A DNA stretch of 41,009 nt from a virus (taxonomy: Duplodnaviria > Heunggongvirae > Uroviricota > Caudoviricetes): IMG/VR virus record IMGVR_UViG_3300024344_000001. One strand, 5' to 3'. The notes below the pieces were generated by a model. It ran no database searches. It saw only the letters and a list, made by a program, of their open reading frames with translations, and had not been told where the DNA came from. The position numbers and the translations under genes are program-made. Positions 7,776 to 14,905 of the stretch are shown one piece after another (the stretch's first letter is position 1; every line of letters begins with the position of its first letter).

Positions 7776-7857
7776 GAGGGTATTATACACATATCATCGG
7801 CTATTGTCAACGCCGTTCTGTATGTTTTTCTAAAGTTTTCCCTATTATCAGTGAACG

Positions 7858-7935
7858 TAAACCCTTACCCTGTATAGACTTACGACGATTTCGGCCCCGC
7901 GTGCCATAAGTCCTTTCATACCAACGGGTTACGTC
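7858..7935. repeat. palindromic doublet 5 (sites 7858-7882 and 7907-7931)
   Basis: TAAACCCTT-ACCCTGT-ATAGACTTA and TAAGTCCTT-TCATACC-AACGGGTTA. Confidence 0.9.
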
Positions 7936-8171
7936 TAGTAGGCTTGTGCCCACAATATCCCATTTTCCCAAATCCAATCAACCCGCCTATTTCCACAGTT
8001 ACACCTACGGGATTCCCCATCCCAACCCAAACATGGTTCGTTTTCGTCCCAATCTTCACAATTATGTCCGTCAAATGAGAAAAACTCCTCATTCCCATAT
8101 GTAAGACGGTAGTATTCGGCTGCTTCCTTGCCGTATCGTTCTTCTATTTTACTCTGAATCTTTTCGCACAT
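7935..8171 (-). CDS. phage hypothetical protein (C.GWDGESRRC.CGNRRV.W)
   Basis: ORF track; stop abuts doublet 5. Confidence 0.7.
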   Translation of the reverse strand: MCEKIQSKIEERYGKEAAEYYRLTYGNEEFFSFDGHNCEDWDENEPCLGWDGESRRCNCGNRRVDWIWENGILWAQAY

Positions 8172-8457
8172 TCTTCTATGTCCTGCGGCTTATGCGGCTG
8201 GTATGGGTGTGGTATGGGTGTGACTATTTGGAGGATTGTTTGCACTTCACTAGCCAACGCTAGCACAAATCAGGCTGAGGGATTTCGCCACTACGCGGAC
8301 CATGCCGCTACCCTGTAGATTTCACATTGGTTTTTATTTCCTTCTTGAATTATAACACTAGTGGAGAACGCCCGTCTTATCGTTTTCATATTCGCGGTTT
8401 TTCAGGCCGCTTGGGATCGCCGTGAACGTCACTAGTGTATTGTATCAGATCGCCGGA

Positions 8458-8691
8458 CTATTCGCAACCGTATCGGTCACAATGACGCTGTTTCATTTCA
8501 GAATATTTCTGACGACCAACAGACCAGGCGGGCACACGCCAGACACCGAATTCGTCATCATACTTGATTTCACCTGCGTCGTTTTCCTTCAGGAATTCCA
8601 GCATTGCGGTAACGCCGGGGAAACATCGGTGAGAATCACTGTTGGGTGTTTCACAGTGGAAAGGCTTGTCGAATGCAGATACAAATTTCAT
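8458..8691 (-). CDS. hypothetical protein
   Basis: ORF track; AAGGA SD; promoter at 8728-8756. Confidence 0.7.
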   Translation of the reverse strand: MKFVSAFDKPFHCETPNSDSHRCFPGVTAMLEFLKENDAGEIKYDDEFGVWRVPAWSVGRQKYSEMKQRHCDRYGCE

Positions 8692-8781
8692 TTTCTTTTC
8701 CTTTGTTGTTTGTTTCGTTGTCTAAGTATTATATCGGCAATCGACGGCGGAATCAAGAGCAAAGCCAGGACTTTTTTGGAA

Positions 8782-9012
8782 TTAGCTCCAAATTGTTTTC
8801 TTCTGTGTGGTGAACAGCCAGCCATTATAAACCTTGATGGCCCACCATTGCAGACGGGTTTCTCCGTCTTTCCGCCATTGGTGTGACTTCTCAATCAGTG
8901 CCTTCATATCTTCGGCAGTAGGCTCGCCGTTCTTTTCAACGTATGCGTTGTACTTTTCAACGCTCTTGTTGATTCGATCTTCTCTGATTCGTGCTGCAAG
9001 AATGTAACTCAT
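8782..9012 (-). CDS. hypothetical protein
   Basis: ORF track; AAGGA SD; promoter TTGCAA-17-TATAAT at 9042-9070. Confidence 0.7.
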   Translation of the reverse strand: MSYILAARIREDRINKSVEKYNAYVEKNGEPTAEDMKALIEKSHQWRKDGETRLQWWAIKVYNGWLFTTQKKTIWS

Positions 9013-9072
9013 GTTTTTTCCTTTTCGTTTGTGTTGAGTGTATTATAACAAGTATTGCCGGTGATTGCAAGA

Positions 9073-9231
9073 TCAGTCGTCAAGATTTTCCATAATTTTC
9101 TCAACTTTTGGCTGGAGAGTGTAAGACAATCCAGAGTTAATCAACATTTCGACAATTCGCAGATTTTTAACAAATCCGCTGGTGATGTTTTCATCTTTGA
9201 TGATTCGGGCGATGATTTCGAGTTGGCTCAT
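9073..9231 (-). CDS. small hypothetical protein (MSQLEII...)
   Basis: ORF track with start adjusted; promoter TTGCAA-16-TACAAT at 9262-9289. Confidence 0.65.
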   Translation of the reverse strand: MSQLEIIARIIKDENITSGFVKNLRIVEMLINSGLSYTLQPKVEKIMENLDD

Positions 9232-9336
9232 TTTGTTTTCCTTTGTGCTTGTCATACTACCATTGTACAATAATTATCGGCAATTGCAAGGCTATTCTCC
9301 ACAAAAACCCATAAGAAAAAGAAAGTTTTCTAAGTT

Positions 9337-9417
9337 GTCGTAAGTCGTTACTACCAAAGGGTTTACGTCGCGGCCCCCCAAAATGACGTAAGTCCTTTCA
9401 TACCAAGGGGTTAGGTC
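9337..9417. repeat. palindromic doublet 6 (sites 9341-9365 and 9389-9413)
   Basis: TAAGTCGTT-ACTACCA-AAGGGTTTA and TAAGTCCTT-TCATACC-AAGGGGTTA. Confidence 0.9.
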
Positions 9418-9476
9418 AATCTCGAAGTTCTCACATTTAGGAGTGTATGCCGCCTATGCGGCTGGTATGGGTGTGA

Positions 9477-9653
9477 CTACCCGATATCATTCACCTCGAA
9501 CCATCGTTCCTCGCCATCCTTATCGATAGCAGTGAAGCAGCCATCCTCATAGATGGATGTGACGCAATACTCAACACCCTCAATCAATACCATTTCGTCA
9601 ACGGTGAGTGTCACTGATTCGTCGAGCCAGTTGATGAATGTTTCTGAGATCAT
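9477..9653 (-). CDS. small acidic protein MISETFINWLDESV... (58 aa)
   Basis: Hand translated; AAGGA SD; promoter at 9686-9713. Confidence 0.7.
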   Translation of the reverse strand: MISETFINWLDESVTLTVDEMVLIEGVEYCVTSIYEDGCFTAIDKDGEERWFEVNDIG

Positions 9654-9715
9654 TTTCTTTTCCTTTTTGGTTGTGTGATGTGTGTATTATATCAACTATG
9701 CTGCCCATTGCAAGC

Positions 9716-9979
9716 CTAGTCGATATCATTTATGTCAATTTCGTGATTATTATCATCCCAATCGGAAGCCGTTACATAATCGCCGTGAATGAAATCAATC
9801 CAGACTTCCTTGCCATCAAGAGTTTCGATCTTCTGCCCTACGTGCAATTCGAGATCACCATTAAAGTGAACATCGAAACCCTTCTCAATCATGCCACCTG
9901 GGAAACCATCATCAAACTCAAAACATGATGCGAATTCGAGAACCGTTGAACCGTCATGTTGGCTTGTGATTGTGATCAT
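9716..9979 (-). CDS. acidic hypothetical protein
   Basis: ORF track; promoter TTGCAA-16-TATAAT at 10010-10037. Confidence 0.7.
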   Translation of the reverse strand: MITITSQHDGSTVLEFASCFEFDDGFPGGMIEKGFDVHFNGDLELHVGQKIETLDGKEVWIDFIHGDYVTASDWDDNNHEIDINDID

Positions 9980-10015
9980 TGTTTGTTCCCTTGTGTTTGT
10001 GATGAGTGTATTATA

Positions 10016-10204
10016 TCAGCCATTCAGGGAATTGCAACGGACATCGATTGCTTTTCCCCAAATTTTTCGAGATTTCATAAGATCATTTCGGGCGAAGATT
10101 ACGGCCAATTCCGCATTATCTGCCTTGACAATACCGCTCCAGTTCAGGCGGTTTTCATTGGTGAACGGACAAACCAGGGTGAATGATATATGATACTTAG
10201 ACAT
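10016..10204 (-). CDS. hypothetical protein
   Basis: ORF track. Confidence 0.55.
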   Translation of the reverse strand: MSKYHISFTLVCPFTNENRLNWSGIVKADNAELAVIFARNDLMKSRKIWGKAIDVRCNSLNG

Positions 10205-10213
10205 TTGATCAAC

Positions 10214-10348
10214 CTAACATGTAGTGAGACGGCGTGAGAATCGGATGTTTCGCCACTTGGCATACCACAGGCGTTTAGTCTCATTGCTTGAGAAACGACG
10301 CTTGCGTGATCCATCGACAACTGCTTGTGTTTTTTGTTTATTGCTCAT
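10214..10348 (-). CDS. small basic protein MSNKQKTQAV... (44 aa), probably leaderless
   Basis: Hand translated; ATG lies 6 nt after TATAAT of promoter 10355-10383. Confidence 0.55.
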   Translation of the reverse strand: MSNKQKTQAVVDGSRKRRFSSNETKRLWYAKWRNIRFSRRLTTC

Positions 10349-10430
10349 ACGTGTATTATATACTTAGTATCGGCATTTGTCAATAGCTTTCCTCACGTTT
10401 ATTCAAAAGAAAAAGAAAAGAATATAAATT

Positions 10431-10463
10431 GACGTAACCCTATGCTATCAAAGGACTTACGTC
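10431..10463. repeat. single palindromic site 7 (core 10435-10459)
   Basis: GACG-TAACCCTAT-GCTATCA-AAGGACTTA-CGTC at the boundary of the two halves. Confidence 0.9.
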
Positions 10464-10719
10464 ATTTCGAGGCCCTCCTAGGTTATAAAGACCCCCAGGG
10501 GGGTTTTAACTCGTGGAATAACTTCCCTATCTTACCTAGATTTAGCTGGGGTGCTTCAATTCCGACTGACACCACCAAAAACCAAATGTCCTACCCAAGC
10601 TAATCAGAAAAAATATCGTAGCCTATTCGAATAAAAAGTGTCTTACCCATAGTACCTATAGCTTTATTTTGTAAAAAACTGCCCAGATTGAAACTTTTTG
10701 TGTCAAAATCTATCAGAAC

Positions 10720-10729
10720 GTGTATAATA
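10720..10729 (+). promoter_or_regulatory. putative late promoter GTGTATAATA (also 19713, 22484, 25549, 37494)
   Basis: Identical 10-mer found five times, each in an intergenic gap ahead of a gene block. Confidence 0.7.
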
Positions 10730-10789
10730 CGTGTGTGGGAAGTGTTCCCACCCACGTTAGAAAACGAAACTTTTAGGAGAGCGACTTAC

Positions 10790-11023
10790 ATGTCTAACCT
10801 TGCAAAACGAAACATAACGGCGATTATGCGAACAAAAGCTACAGCAGAACTAGCGGAAGAGATTGAAGCAGAACTCGCTAGTGACACACCAGAAACATCC
10901 GTAGCAGGCTTATTAGGAGTTGAAGATGCCACAGAACAAGATGAGACCGAAGAACTTCGCAATCAGTCCGATTCAAGTGACGCAGAAGAAGATCAAGATT
11001 CTTCCGATGCAGAGACTGCCTGA
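10790..11023 (+). CDS. acidic hypothetical protein
   Basis: ORF track with start moved to MSNLAK after AGGAG. Confidence 0.7.
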   Translation: MSNLAKRNITAIMRTKATAELAEEIEAELASDTPETSVAGLLGVEDATEQDETEELRNQSDSSDAEEDQDSSDAETA

Positions 11024-11657
11024 AGAGAATACTCTTAAGGAAGTCATAGATGATTCCTGGGGAGTAGATATTTGTATCCCATCTTTATCTAAGTTCTTTT
11101 ATCACCTGGATACTGAGAGAATAGAAGAGTGGGGTATAGCACATGTCGAAAAGGGTGAACTAGTAAGAGAACTATGTTTCTCAGTAAAAGAAGACGACGT
11201 TGTATACACATCCAGAACTAATGTCCCTAATGATGTTATAGACGGCTTTGGAACTGTACGTTCTTATATTCCAACAGACTTCCGTCACATCCTCGCCCTT
11301 GATGACGCCGTTCCCTGTTCAATAGAGCCAGGCGTACTATCGCCCGTTCAATTACAGGAAAAGACCCTACTAGGTAAGTTAGACGGACACATTCAGTCTA
11401 TAGACGCCGTTGAACTATCATTGATTCTTGGAGATCAGGTAGCAATCGCCGTCCAGAATCATGAAGGTCCGTTCGTCCTTAAGTCCAAAACTTTGGACCT
11501 TAGTAGTAAAAATTCTAAGATAGCCGCCCATGCGGCCTATCTGAGACCCACGCAACCACAACCTACCATGCAACCTGGTACTATCATCTTCAATTCTACT
11601 AACCGTAGATTCGAGGGATTAACAGACGACGGGTGGGTTCCATTAGGAGATAACTAG
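11007..11657 (+). CDS. hypothetical protein (possible virion-associated)
   Basis: ORF track; C-terminal GTIIFNSTNRRFEG..DDGW motif resembles fibre modules. Confidence 0.6.
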   Translation: MQRLPEENTLKEVIDDSWGVDICIPSLSKFFYHLDTERIEEWGIAHVEKGELVRELCFSVKEDDVVYTSRTNVPNDVIDGFGTVRSYIPTDFRHILALDDAVPCSIEPGVLSPVQLQEKTLLGKLDGHIQSIDAVELSLILGDQVAIAVQNHEGPFVLKSKTLDLSSKNSKIAAHAAYLRPTQPQPTMQPGTIIFNSTNRRFEGLTDDGWVPLGDN

Positions 11658-12193
11658 TGAGTGATTTTATTCACGTACCAGAAGGAATGACAGAAGAAGA
11701 GGTACTAGAGGTAATGAACAAGGTGATCGACAAGATCGCCCCTAAGTGGACCTTTTTTGGGTTTACGGTAGATGACATAAAGCAGGAGTCTTATTTCATT
11801 CTCTCTGCGGCGTTACCTAAGTATAACGGCGATTACCCACTGGAGAACTTCCTGTCTGTTGTACTACCGCGTAAGTTGTATAACCTGAAGCGTGACAACC
11901 ACGCCCTTAACGACTTAAGCGATGATAAGAAGAAAGTATCGCGTCCTGCTCAGTTGGAAGATGATTTCAATATGACGTATCAGGACGGCGATGAATACGA
12001 GGCAATGGATTACAGCGAAATGGTAAACCTGATAAACCGTGAGTTGCCCGCTAATATGAGGCAGGACTATCTGAAGATGGCCCACCAGGTCTCCGTTCCA
12101 AAACCACGCCGTGAAGAGATTACGACTTACATTAAGATCATTCTCGAAGATCACGGTTATTACCACGAAGAGGCGACAAGTGAAAAGGGGTAG
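11657..12193 (+). CDS. RNA polymerase sigma factor-like protein
   Basis: Region-2-like DDIKQESYFILSAALPKYNGDYPLENFL...LYNLKR. Confidence 0.7.
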   Translation: MSDFIHVPEGMTEEEVLEVMNKVIDKIAPKWTFFGFTVDDIKQESYFILSAALPKYNGDYPLENFLSVVLPRKLYNLKRDNHALNDLSDDKKKVSRPAQLEDDFNMTYQDGDEYEAMDYSEMVNLINRELPANMRQDYLKMAHQVSVPKPRREEITTYIKIILEDHGYYHEEATSEKG

Positions 12194-12974
12194 AATTTCC
12201 AAGAAAGAGGAAGCGTTCATTGAGAGTAGTGTTGAACACCTAACACCAGAGGAAATAGGTAATGCACTAGACCGCGATCCAGAGAGTATCAAGGAATTCA
12301 TTAAGCGTAAGTTTGGGATGGGTTTATCTGAGGTAGAGGGTGTATCCTTCGATCTTAAGCAAAGGCCCTTCTGGAAGATACTGGAGTTACAGTTTACGGA
12401 ATCAGAACTGGAAATGTTTGACTATCATTATTCAAACCTGATTACCCAGTTCAAAGACGACGTTATTCACTCCGAAGAAATGCAGATTGTTGACATGATC
12501 AAGATGGACCTGTTAATGAACCGTGCATTGAGTAGCACTAAGTCTAACTTGAATCAGATTAACGCCCTTGAGGTATTAGTTAATGAAGAACGGGCTAAGG
12601 ACGCCGACCAGAGAGATAAGGAATATCTGTTTAACCTGGAGAGACAGGTAGCTTCTTTACGGGCAGGTAGTGAATCCCTTAATCGAGACTATCGCGACCT
12701 TCAGGAAAAGAAGAATAAGATTCTGAAAGAGATGAAGGCGACTCGTGCTGACCGTAGTAAGCAGTTGGAAAATAAGAATCAGACATTCAAGGGCTGGCTG
12801 ACTTGTCTTATCGAGAACCCAGCGGAGATTAGGAAGTACGGCCTTGAGATGGAAAAACGCCGTTTGGCTAAACAGAAAGAGTTGGAGAGGTTGTCGCAGT
12901 ACCATACTTATGAAGATGGTGTTGTTGATCAGCCGTTCTTAAACGCGGACACTTTAATTGACGAGGAGAAATAA
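12180..12974 (+). CDS. HTH plus coiled-coil protein (candidate small terminase)
   Basis: N-terminal LTPEEIGNALDRDPESIK HTH-like, long coiled coil, position in the packaging module. Confidence 0.45.
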   Translation: MKRGRISKKEEAFIESSVEHLTPEEIGNALDRDPESIKEFIKRKFGMGLSEVEGVSFDLKQRPFWKILELQFTESELEMFDYHYSNLITQFKDDVIHSEEMQIVDMIKMDLLMNRALSSTKSNLNQINALEVLVNEERAKDADQRDKEYLFNLERQVASLRAGSESLNRDYRDLQEKKNKILKEMKATRADRSKQLENKNQTFKGWLTCLIENPAEIRKYGLEMEKRRLAKQKELERLSQYHTYEDGVVDQPFLNADTLIDEEK

Positions 12975-12975
12975 C

Positions 12976-13590
12976 ATGGCGAAAGTAAGATTGTGGACAA
13001 TGGGGAACCTGGATCATAAGATCCTTCCCACAAAAGAGGGGGTTGACAAACTACGTAATATCTTAGCGGCTAATGTGGGACATGAAGACTTAAATGTCAT
13101 CTGGGGTCCAGAGTTAACGCTAACAGTAGATCCCGATGAGGATACGGACGTAAAAGACATCGTTAAGAGAATGGACGAGGATGGTAGCGTTACATACTAC
13201 AAGGTGAGTGAAAGAAATAAGAAGGTTGTATCTGGAACTGAAGATAGAGAGATTATCAATAGGGCTATCAATCTACCAGAGGTATTAGTAGATCCAGCAA
13301 CTGGTACGGAGTATAGGATTCAATCATGGGCCGCGAGTGCTAGTGTAGATGATTTTGTTCATGTGAATGCTACTTTACTTCCTTGCCCTAAAAAAGAACC
13401 CCTAGAGGACACCGTAGATATCTCTGAGTTGGAAGATAGCACATACACGGTTGTAACCCCAAAATCCGCCGCCTATGAAGACGGTTCAGGTGACTGTATA
13501 GTAAACGCCGCAAAACCCGGTACGGTAGTAGGCTTCGGTAAAACTCCGATGGGCGTTGTACTGAATAAGTGGGAGGGAACTAATGAATAA
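12976..13590 (+). CDS. protein with an N-terminal copy of a portal segment
   Basis: aa 5-47 match portal aa ~311-353 at 31/43 identity; GAGGAG SD. Confidence 0.75.
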   Translation: MAKVRLWTMGNLDHKILPTKEGVDKLRNILAANVGHEDLNVIWGPELTLTVDPDEDTDVKDIVKRMDEDGSVTYYKVSERNKKVVSGTEDREIINRAINLPEVLVDPATGTEYRIQSWAASASVDDFVHVNATLLPCPKKEPLEDTVDISELEDSTYTVVTPKSAAYEDGSGDCIVNAAKPGTVVGFGKTPMGVVLNKWEGTNE

Positions 13591-13849
13591 CGAGCGTATA
13601 CATAAGATACGAACTAAATTTAATGAAATGTACGGCAATTCGGAATCTTATCTGGGTGGTAAGATCACTGATAATATATTTTTGACTCTATCATATGCTC
13701 GTATATTCAATGTTGAATTAATCGGTGATGGAACGTATGCCTGGTTCGAAGAGGATTGTGACAACTGTTTTGGTTACCCAATTAATAAGAGTGAGATGAC
13801 ACAGCTTATTTGTGAGTTAACTGCTCTACGTGATAAGATGAAAGGGTAG
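13583..13849 (+). CDS. hypothetical protein
   Basis: ORF track; coupled to neighbours. Confidence 0.65.
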   Translation: MNNERIHKIRTKFNEMYGNSESYLGGKITDNIFLTLSYARIFNVELIGDGTYAWFEEDCDNCFGYPINKSEMTQLICELTALRDKMKG

Positions 13850-13851
13850 TA

Positions 13852-14217
13852 ATGGAAGAACAAGAAGTAACGCCGTACCAGAAACAGTACTTGGAGACGC
13901 TTCAGACTTTACCTCCAAGTGGAGGAATACCACTGTTTGTTTATAACGGTCGCCCCATATGGGGTGGTAGTCCAATGACCGGTATAGAAGTATGTGATCT
14001 CATTCAGCAGTTGAATGGTGATGAACCCATGAAGAATATTGGTCCCTCCACTGAACAAGTTACCATGATAGGAGAAAACACGGAGTGGATGTATATATGT
14101 AGAGAAGGTCAACCATACGCTATGCTCGGTTGCATGTGTACCCATTGTATGGGTAAAGAGTGTAATCCTAATGGTAATTGGACGTGGCTTGATAGAGAGG
14201 ATCGCCGTGATAAGTGA
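13852..14217 (+). CDS. hypothetical protein
   Basis: ORF track. Confidence 0.6.
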   Translation: MEEQEVTPYQKQYLETLQTLPPSGGIPLFVYNGRPIWGGSPMTGIEVCDLIQQLNGDEPMKNIGPSTEQVTMIGENTEWMYICREGQPYAMLGCMCTHCMGKECNPNGNWTWLDREDRRDK

Positions 14218-14905
14218 CAAATACCAACTAATATTCGTCCATAACCCAAAGTGTGCTGGCTCCAGTATTAAGAACGCCCTCCAAGGTCTCCCTGAGGCTG
14301 ACTGGCGTAAGAATGACTGGCACTACACTATCAACCAGTTATTCCGCACGGGTGATAAGATAGAGGATATTTTTGATTACAAGTCCTTTGGTTGTGTACG
14401 TAATCCATATGACAGACTTGTCTCTGCCTTCACATACAATATAGAGAGAGTCTTAATTTCGACTGACTACCATTGGGACGCATATCCCTTAGCTTACCAG
14501 TGTCTTAAAAAATACACTGACCAATACTTAACCGGCCTTGATGGTAGTTGGGGTGGGACAGATCTTATTAAGACCTTCCGTGCATTTGTGTTGTCAGAGG
14601 ACTTTGAAAAGTTAACCGGGAAAGGGTGGCCAATACACTTTAAATTGCAGTCTCACTTCTTTACGGAACGCGACCTTGACCTTTGTCTTAGATTTGAAGA
14701 TTTCATGGAACAGGACGGAGGCTTAGAGGCTTTAGAAGACTATACGGGCCAAAGCTTGAAAGTCCCCTACACAAACATGTCGGCACACCCAGATTATCAG
14801 GAGTTCTATGATATTCAATGTATGGACCGTGTAGCTAAGAAATACCATTCGGATTTTATTGAATTCGGATATAATATCCACATGTTAGGAGAGTCACATG
14901 CCTAA
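14207..14905 (+). CDS. sulfotransferase family 2 (HNK-1/CHST-like)
   Basis: 5'-PSB IFVHNPKCAGSSI, 3'-PB VRNPYDRLVSAF, H..Q..F and RFED motifs. Confidence 0.85.
   Translation: MISDKYQLIFVHNPKCAGSSIKNALQGLPEADWRKNDWHYTINQLFRTGDKIEDIFDYKSFGCVRNPYDRLVSAFTYNIERVLISTDYHWDAYPLAYQCLKKYTDQYLTGLDGSWGGTDLIKTFRAFVLSEDFEKLTGKGWPIHFKLQSHFFTERDLDLCLRFEDFMEQDGGLEALEDYTGQSLKVPYTNMSAHPDYQEFYDIQCMDRVAKKYHSDFIEFGYNIHMLGESHA

Noticed and set aside
8278-8315. HDV/theta-like ribozyme suggested by GCGGCATGGTCC
   Set aside because: Could not build the nested double pseudoknot; the short match is probably coincidental, and none was found at the tRNA 3' ends.
758-9417. Doublets as canonical integron attC or Xer dif sites
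   Set aside because: RYYYAAC/GTTRRRY fits only some ends, modules are multi-gene with their own promoters, no intI is present, and the arms do not match the dif consensus. Kept only as an architectural analogy.
6026-9436. Recurrent ATGTGA (near 6174, 8322, 9431) as evidence of UGA recoding
   Set aside because: Read-through frames close within a few codons, the 6174 case is better explained by a GTG-start ORF of about 49 aa, and conserved genes such as the portal end normally at TGA.
28-10193. Plus-strand ORFs in the left region (28..282, 443..856, 4031..4546, 8422..8886 and others)
   Set aside because: Shadows of minus-strand genes that have SD sequences and promoters.
758-10463. Palindromic repeats as a CRISPR or TIGR-type guide array
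   Set aside because: Copies are degenerate, paired, and separated by 1-2 kb of genes rather than by uniform 25-45 nt spacers; no cas or similar effector gene is present.
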